A stretch of DNA of 64,000 nt from an uncultured archaeon (GCA_000965745.1 CP009479.1:1856001-1920000), one strand, 5' to 3'. Positions 48,216-59,449 are shown, counted from the first letter of the stretch. Notes: generated from the letters alone by a model not told the origin. Translations and numbers: made by a program.

Positions 48216-48789
48216 ATGAGTGCATTTGGGATATCGGTCATAGGAGAAAAACTCTGGAAAGGTGTAATTTTTGACACTCTGGAGTACAGCAGGATGATCA
48301 GTATTCCTGATGGCTCGGAATTTGCGGGGGGAAACTGTGGCAATGCTGAAGAATGCTCCGTTCAGCGCAAGATATATCATTCTCACGGACTCAAGATTCC
48401 ATACTGCAAGCGCTGAAATTTACCTCTATTCCAGTGACTTGAGAGGGCATCTTGTAATAATGCATTCTGGTGATGCCTGGGTTCTGGATGGCGAAGAGCT
48501 GCCGTCACTGGCAGGATGTACCGATATAGACCTTGAGATGAGCCCCGTGACCAACACCATTCCCATAAGGAGAGTTGCCTTGAAAGTGGGTGAGAAGGAG
48601 GATATATCCGCAGCATGGATAAGATTCCCCTCCTTGGAGATTATGCCACTGAAGCAAAGTTATGAAAGGGCGTCTGATAACAGTTACATATACAGATCTT
48701 CAAACTTCTCATCGGAAATTGAGGTTGATTCTACTGGCATGGTAAAGTGCTATGGTAACGTCTGGAAAGAGATAACTCCGCAGTCTTGA
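48216..48789 (+). pseudogene. putative glycolipid-binding-domain family gene split by a +1 frameshift in a G6 run (48326-48331)
   Basis: N-part LWKGVIFDTLEYSR..GSEFAG joins ETVAML..PF..RY...DIDL..SP.TNT.PIRR...QSYER if one G is removed. Confidence 0.7.
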
Positions 48790-48883
48790 AAGAGGAACAA
48801 AAACCAGGATTCAACACAACAGCGGGATCTAGAATATTCATATACTTCAAGTTGCATACATACCAACACGTGGAGATGTTCAA

Positions 48884-49621
48884 TTGGCTGAATATGAACA
48901 GGCAAGTTCTGGTATGGCGATTGAGGTTAACAGCATAGTGAAAAGGTTTGGAGATAAAGAGGCAGTAAGGGGCCTCAGTTTTTCCGTATCGAAAGGTGAG
49001 CGCGTTGCCCTTCTAGGCCCAAATGGAGCCGGAAAATCAACAACCTTGAAGGTTATCGCCGGGCTCCTCAAACCGGAAGAGGGTGAAGCGAGACTGGGAG
49101 GGTACCTGCCCAATCAGCTGGAGGCAAAACGCATGCTTGGCTATCTGCCTGAGGATGCAACGCCTTATATGAGCCTCTCCGTTCGGGAGAATCTTGAGTA
49201 TATAGGAGCTATTAGAGGGACAGAAAACCTCAGAGACAGGGTGAATTATCTTTTTGACCTCCTGGATCTGGGACAGTATCAGAGGACCAAAACCAACAAC
49301 CTGTCTAGAGGCAACAGGCAGAAGCTGGCTTTGGCACTCGCTATGGTCCATAACCCAAGTGTTATAGTGATGGATGAGCCCCTGAACTACCTTGACATTC
49401 CAACGCAGGAAAGGGTGATTGATTCTCTTATGGAGATGAAGGCAAGCTTCCTTGTTTCCACTCACATAATGTCTATTGCGGAGAGGCTCACTGAAAAGGT
49501 CATCATAATTTCAAACGGCCAGACTGTATGGACTGGCGATATACAGGACCTCAGGAAATTTGGCGACCCGAAGGAACCAGTAGAGAAGATAGTGGCGAGG
49601 ATGATGAGAAGTGTTTCCTAA
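48884..49621 (+). CDS. ABC transporter ATP-binding protein
   Basis: GPNGAGKST, LSRGNRQK, MDEP, STH. Confidence 0.92.
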   Translation: MAEYEQASSGMAIEVNSIVKRFGDKEAVRGLSFSVSKGERVALLGPNGAGKSTTLKVIAGLLKPEEGEARLGGYLPNQLEAKRMLGYLPEDATPYMSLSVRENLEYIGAIRGTENLRDRVNYLFDLLDLGQYQRTKTNNLSRGNRQKLALALAMVHNPSVIVMDEPLNYLDIPTQERVIDSLMEMKASFLVSTHIMSIAERLTEKVIIISNGQTVWTGDIQDLRKFGDPKEPVEKIVARMMRSVS

Positions 49622-51029
49622 ACTCATGAAACTGATAATCAAGAGCCGTTTTTCCTGGACCTATTTTCTCATTATTTTTGTTTTCTTCGCTTACGCAGGG
49701 GTCGCGGTCCTGTCGTCTCAAGCTCCAACAGGAGTTGCTCTTGGAGATTATTACTTCGCAGGGATGCTTGCCCTTTTCTCGGTGGTTTCAATATTGACCG
49801 GTGGCCTCAGCATGACCAAATCAGACAGCGAATTCCTCCTTGTTTCCCCTGTTGAGAGGCGAACCCTTTCCTCGGCACTCTACATAGGGCAGTACCTCTT
49901 CACAGGACCATTGATATTCGTGGCTTTCCTGGTGTACGCCCTTACGGCACCTTACGGGCCTGATGTTAGAATCATATTGTTTGCATATGCAATATTCTTA
50001 AGCACACTGCCTGTTTCTTTGAGCGTAGCAAGTGCAAATCTTCATCTGAAATGGAAACTTTCCGCTGCCGCCCTGTTTGTGGTCTGGGTGTTTTCATTCC
50101 GCCTCGGTTTTCAATATTCACCCGTTTCAATGTTCCAGGGCCATCTTTATTCAGCAATCATTCCCGCGATTTCACTTTCAGTTATTCTGCTCGCGGCCTC
50201 GCTTTTCCTGCTGAGCAGTGATAAGCTTGAATATAGATTGCTTGATCGAAGCGTTGGAAAATCAGAGTACAAACACATCAAGGATTATACAGATATAACA
50301 CCTGAACGGGCCATTTTCAGGTACGGTTTTTCCCGGTTCGAGATGGCTACAAGAACAAACTTTTCCGGTACCCCGACACTCTCCGGGAGGAGAATAAGAG
50401 CAAACTTTGTCCTCGCAGTATTTGTTGTAGCAGCTTTACTGTACGGCTACACGGCCTATCATTTCAACCCTAAGCCGGGCTCATTCATCAACGTGAACAT
50501 AATTACCCTCACTATCGGCATATACCTTGGAGTTTTTCCACCCTTGATAATTTCCGGAAGCACTATGCCAATGGAAAGGGCTTGGCTTTCCTTCACTTCT
50601 ATGAGGCCGAGCAGATACGTTCCACTCCTTACTTTGGCTAAGATGTTTCAGTTGATATATTTTTTTACAGCCTTTGCTGCTGTTGATGTCGCACTGTATT
50701 TCCTCGGCGTATATGGAGCAATAAACAACTTGCTTCTGTTCCTTGTGATAGATCCGCTATTTCTCGTATTTTTCATGGCACTCAACTTCAGGGTTCAGAG
50801 CTACCAGATCAAGGATGATAAACTGATCACTTCAAGGTACAGCGCTTCCCAGTTTATTCTAATACCCCCAATGCTTGTGTTCTTTGCTGTCGCTGGCATA
50901 TCCAGCCTGTTTCTCCTGGTTGATTTGTTCATCATCCCGATTGCTGCAGCCATAGTTGCATTAATCATGCTTTGGAAAGGATTCTGGGACAAGCGCGTTA
51001 ACAAGCTCGTTGAGAAGGGGTTTATATAG
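49611..51029 (+). CDS. ABC exporter permease-like membrane protein (about 12 TM)
   Basis: Overlaps the ATPase stop; two bundles of hydrophobic helices; D..FL...P motif. Confidence 0.75.
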   Translation: MFPKLMKLIIKSRFSWTYFLIIFVFFAYAGVAVLSSQAPTGVALGDYYFAGMLALFSVVSILTGGLSMTKSDSEFLLVSPVERRTLSSALYIGQYLFTGPLIFVAFLVYALTAPYGPDVRIILFAYAIFLSTLPVSLSVASANLHLKWKLSAAALFVVWVFSFRLGFQYSPVSMFQGHLYSAIIPAISLSVILLAASLFLLSSDKLEYRLLDRSVGKSEYKHIKDYTDITPERAIFRYGFSRFEMATRTNFSGTPTLSGRRIRANFVLAVFVVAALLYGYTAYHFNPKPGSFINVNIITLTIGIYLGVFPPLIISGSTMPMERAWLSFTSMRPSRYVPLLTLAKMFQLIYFFTAFAAVDVALYFLGVYGAINNLLLFLVIDPLFLVFFMALNFRVQSYQIKDDKLITSRYSASQFILIPPMLVFFAVAGISSLFLLVDLFIIPIAAAIVALIMLWKGFWDKRVNKLVEKGFI

Positions 51030-51112
51030 GGTACAAATGAAGTGGAAGAGGCACACAATCATCTGTGGATACCACATAGGGAAAGTTAATTTCGGAGATT
51101 ACATGATAAAAT

Positions 51113-51586
51113 ATGGAGCTGAAAGAGATAGGCAAGGTGCACCATCATTTTCCGGATGATGATGTGAGGGACCGGGCCGGCCAGATAGATGGCGTCATCA
51201 CCGTGCATCCTGAATTTGCTGAAGGCATATCAAACCTGGAAAACTACCCGTATATATTTGTAATAGCAATAATGCACAAGCACCTTGAAGAAGCCTTCCC
51301 GCTTAAAATAAAACCAAGGCTTCTTCTCAGGAAAGGGTACAGGATAGAGGATCTTCCCGAGATCGGTGTATTCTCGTCTGATTCACCTTCCAGGCCTAAC
51401 CCGATTGGCCTCTCCCTTTTGAGGCTGAACAGGATTGTGGACTGCAACGTGCATGTTTCAGGGCTGGATCTTTTTGATGGCACACCTATAGTTGATATAA
51501 AGCCGTATACGAAGCGATACTGTCCTCCCGACAAGGGGAGTGAGGCTTTTGCCATGAATGAGTGTGAAGAGATTGGCAGGCATTAG
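51113..51586 (+). CDS. tsaA: TrmO/TsaA tRNA methyltransferase family protein
   Basis: GVFS..SP.RPNPIGLS, GLD..DGTP.VDIKPY. Confidence 0.88.
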   Translation: MELKEIGKVHHHFPDDDVRDRAGQIDGVITVHPEFAEGISNLENYPYIFVIAIMHKHLEEAFPLKIKPRLLLRKGYRIEDLPEIGVFSSDSPSRPNPIGLSLLRLNRIVDCNVHVSGLDLFDGTPIVDIKPYTKRYCPPDKGSEAFAMNECEEIGRH

Positions 51587-51676
51587 AAAAGGATGTGGAG
51601 CTTTGCCTCCTCCTGCATAATCGGAAATGTGCAGGTCTGCAAGATCAGTATTATAACTGTTTGGTCGATTAAGCAT

Positions 51677-52129
51677 ATGTTGGAGCCTGTAAGAATAATA
51701 ATTGCGGTTGCACTGATGGTTGTTACGGTTTTTGCTTATGCCGTGGCGGGCACCCTGATTGCAGTTCCTTTCGCCGCAGTAACAATAATATATTTCCTCC
51801 TCAGCTTCACTAAGATAGGCGCAATGAATGCAAACAGGAAAATCAGCCGTTTCACGTTCAACGCCATAAAGGAAGAGGGGATTAAAAGGATAAAGATTGG
51901 AACGTTCCATGTGAGAGAAGAGGATTTTACCGACTCGGTGGAGAGGATAAAGGATGTCCTTTCGGATCAGCAATATTTTCCAGAATTCGGGCTGGATGGA
52001 ATGTTTCTGAGCTATGGTACAGAAGATGAGGCAAACAGGGCTCTTGAAAAGATAAAGTCCCGTGGAGTCAAGGCTGACACCATACTTGACCGCAGGACAT
52101 GGCTTGTGAAGATAGAGTTCGAACAGTGA
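51677..52129 (+). CDS. hypothetical protein with two N-terminal TM helices
   Basis: Hydrophobic N-terminus, charged soluble C-terminal domain. Confidence 0.65.
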   Translation: MLEPVRIIIAVALMVVTVFAYAVAGTLIAVPFAAVTIIYFLLSFTKIGAMNANRKISRFTFNAIKEEGIKRIKIGTFHVREEDFTDSVERIKDVLSDQQYFPEFGLDGMFLSYGTEDEANRALEKIKSRGVKADTILDRRTWLVKIEFEQ

Positions 52130-52273
52130 GATTGTTCAGCACACCCACTATTTCATTCAATGTTATGATGCCACGACATATGAACTGTTTAAATATGTGA
52201 TCGTGATGACGAATTAGCAAAATAAATACATAGTAGAAAAGAACTACTGAATTTTATTTTCCAGAGTGTTAAA

Positions 52274-53545
52274 ATGACAGAATTCAAAGAAATGAACTTG
52301 AAGCGAGATTTATTGGCTTCATTGGAGAATATGGGTTTCAGAGAACCAACTGAAGTTCAAACCAAGACCATCCCCATGATACTTAAGGGAAAAGATGTCA
52401 TAGTCAGGTCAAAGACTGGCTCAGGCAAAACGGGAGCATTCCTGATACCAATCATACAGAATCTTCAGAGAGGAGACCATCAGTCCGCACTGGTTATCGC
52501 ACCCACCAGAGAGCTTGCAATGCAGGTACATAAGGTCGCAGAGACAATGACTGCCAAGACTGGCCTGTCAACTACCGTGGTATACGGTGGAGCATCAATA
52601 GAGAACCAGATACGCAACCTGAGGAAGGGCACCAACGTAATTGTGGGAACGCCTGGAAGAATCCTTGACCTCATGGAGAGGAGGGAGATCGACCTGAAAT
52701 CCCTGAAATTCCTTGTGCTAGATGAAGCAGACATAATGCTTGACATGGGCTTTATTGAAGACATAGAGCGCATAATTTCCCGCACCCCAAAAGAAAAGCA
52801 GATGATGCTCTTCTCGGCAACCATGCCGGACATGGTAGTAAAGTTGTCAAAGAAGTATATGAGGACCCCTTCTAGGGTAACAATAGGAAACGAGGAGGAA
52901 CTGACAGTTGAGACTGTTTTCCATAGCTATGCTGTAGCGGGAAACTATTCAAAGGTGGCAACGCTCCTTGCATACCTGACAGAGTTCAACCCTACCAAGT
53001 CAATCATATTCTCACACACCAAAAGAGGGGCAGACATACTGTATGAAGTACTGCGTGAGCACGGGTACGATGCTGCGGTGATACATGGAGACTTGAGCCA
53101 GGCACAGAGGGAAAAGTCACTGTCGACATTCAGGTCAGATGCCAAATATCTTATCGCAACCAACGTTGCTGCGAGAGGTCTTGATATCACTGATGTTTCA
53201 GACGTGATCAACTTCGATATCCCTGAGGACCCGTATGTGTATGTCCACAGGGTAGGAAGATCGGCCAGGATGGGTGCAAGCGGAAATGCAATGACTATAA
53301 TAACCGATAAAGAGGTCTCTTTGATCCATGAGATAGAAGATTCGGCAAACATCAGAATGAGCCTTATCGAACTAAACAAGGAGCCCTTTAAGCATGTAGG
53401 CTTCAATTACACCCACAGAAAGTACCAGAATCAAAACAGAGACGGAAGAAACGACGGTTTCAGAAATCAGAGAAGAAGATCAAATAATTCCAGCAGACCC
53501 AGAAACCGGAACAGATACCAATTCGAAAGAAGAAACAGGTCCTGA
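52274..53545 (+). CDS. DEAD-box RNA helicase
   Basis: Q motif, TGSGKT, PTRELA, TPGR, DEAD, SAT, ARGLD, HRVGRSAR, R/N-rich tail. Confidence 0.95.
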   Translation: MTEFKEMNLKRDLLASLENMGFREPTEVQTKTIPMILKGKDVIVRSKTGSGKTGAFLIPIIQNLQRGDHQSALVIAPTRELAMQVHKVAETMTAKTGLSTTVVYGGASIENQIRNLRKGTNVIVGTPGRILDLMERREIDLKSLKFLVLDEADIMLDMGFIEDIERIISRTPKEKQMMLFSATMPDMVVKLSKKYMRTPSRVTIGNEEELTVETVFHSYAVAGNYSKVATLLAYLTEFNPTKSIIFSHTKRGADILYEVLREHGYDAAVIHGDLSQAQREKSLSTFRSDAKYLIATNVAARGLDITDVSDVINFDIPEDPYVYVHRVGRSARMGASGNAMTIITDKEVSLIHEIEDSANIRMSLIELNKEPFKHVGFNYTHRKYQNQNRDGRNDGFRNQRRRSNNSSRPRNRNRYQFERRNRS

Positions 53546-53562
53546 AGCTGAAAAAGCAACAG

Positions 53563-53745
53563 CTATTCTTCTTCCCTGGATTTTCTTATTTCTTCCTGGA
53601 ATTTCTCCGCGTCGGATGAATCAACTTCCAGTATAAATGGGCCGGTGTATTCACAATCCTCGCATTTATAGATGTAACCCATTATACCTCCTATGATCCA
53701 GTTGACATGGAGGGAACCACATTTTGGGCACATCTTCACCTGCAT
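53563..53745 (-). CDS. small zinc-ribbon protein
   Basis: CPKCGS...YKCEDCEY.GP, a common archaeal small Zn finger. Confidence 0.75.
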   Translation of the reverse strand: MQVKMCPKCGSLHVNWIIGGIMGYIYKCEDCEYTGPFILEVDSSDAEKFQEEIRKSREEE

Positions 53746-53885
53746 AGCATGCAGATGCAATCTATATTAATTAATGATTTCAGGGTGGATGCATCAATTT
53801 CCTCAGTTGTGAAAGTTTACGCAAAATGATGAGTGCCGGAAATTCTCCAGAACAGTTATTCAATGTTAAAAAATGGGTAGGGGTA

Positions 53886-56282
53886 TCAGGACTTCGCGGC
53901 CCTGACTGCCTTCCATATGTTTTCAGGCTTGAGCGGCATATCAATGTTAGAGATACCATATTCACTGAGGGCGTCAATCACTGCATTCACAAGGGCTGGG
54001 GCCGCAGCAATTGTCCCCGCTTCTCCAACACCCTTTGCCCCGATAGGGTTATGAGGCGATGGAGTGAATGTCGACGCTGTCTCAAACCTTGGAACTTCAA
54101 CGGCTGTTGGGACCGCGTAATCAGCGAGTGATGCAGTTATGAGGTTCCCACTCTCATCGTATATGGATTCCTCATACAACGCCTGAGCAAGCCCTTGCAC
54201 AATTCCTCCATGAATCTGCCCCTCCACAATCATTGGGTTCAGCTGAGGGCCGCAGTCGTCGACAGCCACGTACCGCTTGATCTTGACCTGGAACGTCTCA
54301 GGGTCGATCTCAACGTTGCACACATGGGTTCCAAAGGGGAAAACAAAGTTTTCAGGGTCATAGAAGGTGGTTTCTTCAAGTCCCGGCTCCATACCCTCAG
54401 GCAACTGGTCGAAACCTGCACCGTAAGCCGAGTAGGCAATATCCGACAGCTTCCTTTTTTCCGTGGGATTGCCTTCAGAATAAAATTCCCCGTTGTCGTA
54501 AACGATGTTATCTGGGGTCGTGTTCAGCATGTGTGCTGCTATCACAGTAGCTTTCTTCAGGACTTTTCTGCATGCAAGGGCAATTGCGCCTCCTGCTATT
54601 GGTGTGGTCCTGCTTGCATACGTTCCCATGCCGAACGGTATAATCGCTGTATCGCCATGGACAAGTTCTATATCTTCATAAGGAGCCTGAAGCTCATCTG
54701 AAACAAGCTGTGCGAACGTGGTATCTTCTCCCTGTCCATGGGGATGCCCTCCTGTGAGGACTGAAACCTTACCGGTGGGGTGAACCCTGACAGTGGCACT
54801 TTCCCAGAGGCCAAGGCCGTATCCCGTTGCCCTGACAATCTTTGAAGGGCCGGCACCACTCATTTCCACATAGCTCCCAATACCAGTGCCCACCAGTTTC
54901 CCTTCCTTTCTGAGTTTCTTGTTCTCTGCTACCTGTTTCCTGTAATCGATTAGATCTAGTGCTTTCTCAAGGGCTGTGTGATAATCACCGCTGTCATACA
55001 AGGTTCCGGTGACGGTGGCAAAGGGAAATTCCTCTTTCTTGATGTAATTCTTCCTCCGCAGTTCTGCGGGGTCCATCTCAAGTTTGCGCGCCAGGTTGTC
55101 AACCATCCTTTCCACAATAAATGTTGCTTCAGGCCTGCCGGCGCCCCTGTATGCATCCACGGCCATCGTGTTGGTAAGAACTCCAATGACTTCACACTGC
55201 ACAGCTTGCATCTTGTACTGGGCACTGTACATAAGGACGGACAGGACAGTCGCGACACCCGGGGCAACGGTAGAGATCCATCCCCCAAGGTTTGAGTATA
55301 CCTTGACCCTCACTCCAAGTATGGTGCCGTCCTTCTTGGCAGCCATCTCGACATAATGGACGTGGTCCCGGCCATGGGTTGTGGAGAGATAGTTTTCTCT
55401 CCTGTCTTCAGTCCACTTCACTGGCGCCTTGAGTTTCCTTGAAAGGTAGATAAGAACAACCTCCGGCCCGTAGCATGCTATCTTGCTTCCAAAAGCGCCA
55501 CCTACATCGGGTGAGATCACGCGCAGCTTGTTCTCTGGAATTCCCAGCACCGAAGAAAAGAGATATCTGTGCACATGCGGATTTTGTGAGGTCATCCATA
55601 TAGTGGTCTCGTCCTTTCCCTGCTCATACTTTGCGATTGCACTTCTCGTTTCCATGGCAGACGGCTGGAGCCTCTGGTTGCGAAGCCTCTCCTTTATTAT
55701 CACGTCAGCCTGATCGAAAACAGATTCATCTCCGCCCGCGAACTTCCAGTTCAGTGCAACATTATTCTCTATGCCTTCATACAACCTTGGAGAACCTTCC
55801 TTGACTGCGTCCTCCTGGTTGCTTACTGCAGCGAGAATTTCATAATCCACATCAATGAGTTCAATGGCATCCCTGGCTATGTATGGGCTTCTGGCAACCA
55901 CCACGGCCACCGGATCGCCAACATAGCGGGCTTTGTCAAAAGCTATCGAATAATATGGGGTGTGCTTCAGGTCTGCGTTGGGGAGATTCCACGCAGTCGG
56001 AATAGGACTCATCTTGTCTTTCAGGTCATTTCCTGTAAGAACCTCAACCACCCCGGGAAGTTCCTTCGCCTTTTCCGTCTTTACACTCCTGATCCTGGCA
56101 TGTGCATAGGGGCTTCTCAGAAAGGCGGCGTACATCATGTCAGGGAATTTGATGTCGTCCGTATATGTGCCCATGCCTGTGATCATCCTGGCATCTTCTT
56201 TCCTCTTCATGCGCGTTCCGGAAATCCTGTTGACCTTTCTTCCGGACACCTTCTCCATGATTACCTGTGCTTCCTGAGGCAT
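53886..56282 (-). CDS. molybdenum hydroxylase large subunit (CutA/form II CoxL-like), copy 1
   Basis: RKED.R.ITG, VGGAFGSK, AYRGAGRPE, HGQG, GQIHGG..QG, KGVGEAG. Confidence 0.92.
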   Translation of the reverse strand: MPQEAQVIMEKVSGRKVNRISGTRMKRKEDARMITGMGTYTDDIKFPDMMYAAFLRSPYAHARIRSVKTEKAKELPGVVEVLTGNDLKDKMSPIPTAWNLPNADLKHTPYYSIAFDKARYVGDPVAVVVARSPYIARDAIELIDVDYEILAAVSNQEDAVKEGSPRLYEGIENNVALNWKFAGGDESVFDQADVIIKERLRNQRLQPSAMETRSAIAKYEQGKDETTIWMTSQNPHVHRYLFSSVLGIPENKLRVISPDVGGAFGSKIACYGPEVVLIYLSRKLKAPVKWTEDRRENYLSTTHGRDHVHYVEMAAKKDGTILGVRVKVYSNLGGWISTVAPGVATVLSVLMYSAQYKMQAVQCEVIGVLTNTMAVDAYRGAGRPEATFIVERMVDNLARKLEMDPAELRRKNYIKKEEFPFATVTGTLYDSGDYHTALEKALDLIDYRKQVAENKKLRKEGKLVGTGIGSYVEMSGAGPSKIVRATGYGLGLWESATVRVHPTGKVSVLTGGHPHGQGEDTTFAQLVSDELQAPYEDIELVHGDTAIIPFGMGTYASRTTPIAGGAIALACRKVLKKATVIAAHMLNTTPDNIVYDNGEFYSEGNPTEKRKLSDIAYSAYGAGFDQLPEGMEPGLEETTFYDPENFVFPFGTHVCNVEIDPETFQVKIKRYVAVDDCGPQLNPMIVEGQIHGGIVQGLAQALYEESIYDESGNLITASLADYAVPTAVEVPRFETASTFTPSPHNPIGAKGVGEAGTIAAAPALVNAVIDALSEYGISNIDMPLKPENIWKAVRAAKS

Positions 56283-56283
56283 T

Positions 56284-56808
56284 TCAACTGCCCCCTTTAG
56301 TCTTCATCTTGTCAGCAGCAAGCCTTACCGCATCAACAATATTCTGGTATCCGGTGCATCTGCAGATATTGCCGGATATGCCCCACCTGATCTCGCTTTC
56401 GCTAGGGTCCGGGTTCTCTTTGAGGAACCAGTAGGACTGCATTATCATTCCGGCGGTGCAGAATCCGCACTGAAGCCCGTGCTTTTCCTGGAATGCTTCC
56501 TGAATGGGGTGAAGTTCAGTAACGTTTCCAATACCTTCTACGGTAATTATGTCTGAGCCATCTGCCTGAATGGCGAACACTGTGCATGACTTAACTGATT
56601 GACCATCCTGGATCACGGTGCATGATCCGCAGTTTGTAGTATCGCATCCAATGTGGGTGCCCGTCATGCCAAGCCTGTCCCTCAAGACTGTTGCAAGAAG
56701 TTCCCTCGGCTCAACTGAAACTTTCCTCTTCCTGCCGTTGAGAGTGAATTGAACCTCCACCAGGTCTTCCAGGCCTGCCCCATCTTCAAACGTCTCCTCA
56801 TAAACCAT
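56284..56808 (-). CDS. molybdenum hydroxylase 2Fe-2S subunit (CoxS/CutC-like), copy 1
   Basis: [27 protein letters not shown]. Confidence 0.93.
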   Translation of the reverse strand: MVYEETFEDGAGLEDLVEVQFTLNGRKRKVSVEPRELLATVLRDRLGMTGTHIGCDTTNCGSCTVIQDGQSVKSCTVFAIQADGSDIITVEGIGNVTELHPIQEAFQEKHGLQCGFCTAGMIMQSYWFLKENPDPSESEIRWGISGNICRCTGYQNIVDAVRLAADKMKTKGGS

Positions 56809-57689
56809 TATATAGCACCTCCAGCCCTTTCAAATGCAGTTCTAAGTGACCTTCTGGTGTAGACTTCACACATGGCCTTCTTGAATTCTGCTGAACCCCT
56901 GAGGGGATCGTCAGTTGGGTCGGTGCTTTTGACCGCCAGCTTCGCAGCCTCGTTTATTCCATCTATGCCCACCTTTTTGCCCAGAAGGAATTCTTCAGCT
57001 TCGGATGCCCTCATTGGAGTGCGTCCCACGGCTGTAAGGCCGATCCCTGCACTGCTGCAATTGCCTTTATCATCTAATTCGAGCTGCGTTGCCACGCCAA
57101 CAGTCGCAAAATCCCCTGCTTTTCTTTCCATGTTCATATAAGAAAAACCATGGCCCTTTCCTGATTTGGCGGGAACGGATACTCGTGTCAGTATTTCACC
57201 AGCCTTTATGGACGTCTCATACATATCAACGAAAAAGTCGTCCGAATCTATTGCCCTCTCCTTTTCTCCGTTGCTGACCATGATCTTGCCTTTTAAGGCT
57301 ATAATACAGGCTCCCCAGTCACCAGAAGGATCGGCGTGGATTAGGGAGCCGCCTATTGTCCCCTTGTTCCTGACCTGAGGGTCTCCAATCCAGGATGCCA
57401 CCTCAGACATCAATGGAACCTCCTTCTGGATTAATGGCGAAGTCTCAATTGCATGATGAGTAGTTGCACCCCCAATAACTATATCTGAACCATTTTCAGC
57501 CATCCCTTTCATGCTGTCGATTTTACCGATATCGATCAGGTGATTCACTGACACGAGCCTCATCTTCATCATGGGTATGAGGCTCATGCCACCTGCAAGA
57601 ATTCTTGCTTCCTCTCCATGCTCCTGAAGCAGTTTTACAGCCTCAGCTACTGTCCGGGGAGAATAATACTTAAAATTGGCAGAGTACAT
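56808..57689 (-). CDS. molybdenum hydroxylase FAD subunit (CoxM/CutB-like), copy 1
   Basis: [33 protein letters not shown]. Confidence 0.92.
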   Translation of the reverse strand: MYSANFKYYSPRTVAEAVKLLQEHGEEARILAGGMSLIPMMKMRLVSVNHLIDIGKIDSMKGMAENGSDIVIGGATTHHAIETSPLIQKEVPLMSEVASWIGDPQVRNKGTIGGSLIHADPSGDWGACIIALKGKIMVSNGEKERAIDSDDFFVDMYETSIKAGEILTRVSVPAKSGKGHGFSYMNMERKAGDFATVGVATQLELDDKGNCSSAGIGLTAVGRTPMRASEAEEFLLGKKVGIDGINEAAKLAVKSTDPTDDPLRGSAEFKKAMCEVYTRRSLRTAFERAGGAI

Positions 57690-57893
57690 AACAAATCCTT
57701 TAACAACATTCAAACGGATGTATAATAGAATTGCGTTCGGAATATATGACGGGGGTGGTTTAAATATACCGAATAGAAGAACTGAAATCTTTGCGAGAAT
57801 TAAATATCCCTGGAGTTTTCAAAAAGGGATGGGTGGATAATTGAGCCAGAATTGATTGCTTGAGCTAGAAAATGCTCCTGTTGCATCAAGCTC

Positions 57894-58742
57894 TCAATGC
57901 GAGATCTTGCTGTGCTTGCCTTTTTGTTCGCCATCGGGCGTTCTGGAAACTTTGACAACCTGCCCCATTATGCTCATTGCTATCTCTTCCGGGGTTATGG
58001 CCCCAATGTCGATCCCTATGGGTGCGAACATACTTCCCAGGAATTCATCTGAAACCCCCCTTGAGCCTAGCTGTTCCTTGTCTGCCCTAACCCTGTTCTT
58101 GCTTGCCATAAGGCCAACGTATCTGAGATTCCTCCTGGAAAGAGCTTCGAGAATGGGGATGTCTCTGGCACCCTTAGTTAGAACTACAACCGAGTCAGAA
58201 TCGTACAGCTCGAAATTTGAAAGGTCGTCCTCAACATCCTTCAGCACTTCATCCGGCTGGTTGTTCAAAACAGGAGAGTGATCCAGGAGGACCACCTGGT
58301 ATCCTAGAAGTTTAGCTTGCCTTATGAGTGCATCCTGAACGTCATCCTTTCCTCCCTGGCCCACAATTACGAGTCTCTGGGCCGGATTGTACGGTTCGAG
58401 GAATATATCCATGACACCACCGCAGAAGGTTTCAACGTGGATTTCATTCTCCGGTATGGCCCTGTTCATGGACAGGAGGGCGTCCTTTGCTTCCTCAAGG
58501 AATACTTTAACCATTTTTGGCTTGCCTGTCCTCATTACTTCCTTGGCATGCGGCAGGAGGGAAGATTCAGGGCATGCTCCCCCTAAGGTTCCATAGGGCA
58601 CATCCTCGTCAGCCGTTATTATTATCTTAAACCCGGGCTTGCCCAGAGTTGACCCGTCCACGTTGATAATGGTTGCTACGACGAATGGCTTTCTCTTCTC
58701 GATCAGCTCATTTAACACAATAGGAAATTCCTGAGGTTTCAA
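57894..58742 (-). CDS. xdhC: XdhC/CoxF Moco insertion chaperone
   Basis: GTLGGAC.E, CGG, YVGLM.S..R, APIG.DIGA.TPEEIA.SI. Confidence 0.88.
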   Translation of the reverse strand: MKPQEFPIVLNELIEKRKPFVVATIINVDGSTLGKPGFKIIITADEDVPYGTLGGACPESSLLPHAKEVMRTGKPKMVKVFLEEAKDALLSMNRAIPENEIHVETFCGGVMDIFLEPYNPAQRLVIVGQGGKDDVQDALIRQAKLLGYQVVLLDHSPVLNNQPDEVLKDVEDDLSNFELYDSDSVVVLTKGARDIPILEALSRRNLRYVGLMASKNRVRADKEQLGSRGVSDEFLGSMFAPIGIDIGAITPEEIAMSIMGQVVKVSRTPDGEQKGKHSKISH

Positions 58743-58840
58743 GGCAATTTACTATCAATATGATGTATTTATCGTTTTTGGGCTGCGAAACTGGTTAACT
58801 AAATCAATATATCTCCTTACAATCACATGTACAGTGCTGA

Positions 58841-59449
58841 ATGTCTGATAATAAGAGTGTGTCTGGCGTAATTCTTGCCTCAGGGTTTTCATCACGCTTC
58901 CGGGGAGACAAGCTTTCAGCTAAACTGGATGAAAAGCCTATTGTAGCTTATGCGGTGGAAAATGCCCTCAACTCAGAATTGGCAGAAGTGATAGTGGTAA
59001 TCGATCCTGATAACAAGGCGGTTCGCAAACTGATGCCTGACAAAGTAAAAATCGCAGAAAACAGGCACAGGGAAGAGGGTATAAGCAGTGCTGTGAAGGC
59101 GGGATTGAAGAGTGTTGATGAAAATTCCACGGCGGCCCTCTTTCTTGTCGGTGATCAGCCTTTCGTATCACCTGCCCTGATCAACAGGATTGTGAATGCT
59201 TATCTTGAAGAAGATTGCCAGATTGTATCATGCTCTCATAAAGGTGTCTGGAAGAATCCAATGCTCTTTGACCGGAGCTTTTTCGAGCAGCTTTTGAGCA
59301 TTGCCGGAGATGTTGGCGCGAAGCAGGTAGCACTCCTGAATCCTGACCGGGTCTGTACAGTTGAGGTTAAGGATCCGCTTCCGCTTTTTGACATAGACAC
59401 ATTTGAGGACCTTGAGAAAGCCCGGAGATTGAAGAATATGGTTGATTGA
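58841..59449 (+). CDS. mocA: molybdenum cofactor cytidylyltransferase (MocA-like)
   Basis: LASG.SSRF..DKL, GISS, GDQP, NP.LF, GD.GA, DIDT..D; between two Mo-hydroxylase operons. Confidence 0.85.
   Translation: MSDNKSVSGVILASGFSSRFRGDKLSAKLDEKPIVAYAVENALNSELAEVIVVIDPDNKAVRKLMPDKVKIAENRHREEGISSAVKAGLKSVDENSTAALFLVGDQPFVSPALINRIVNAYLEEDCQIVSCSHKGVWKNPMLFDRSFFEQLLSIAGDVGAKQVALLNPDRVCTVEVKDPLPLFDIDTFEDLEKARRLKNMVD

Noticed and set aside
48326-48335. Programmed -1 frameshift at G_GGA_AAC
   Set aside because: The heptamer is present, but joining the two ORFs needs a +1 shift; -1 enters the wrong frame.
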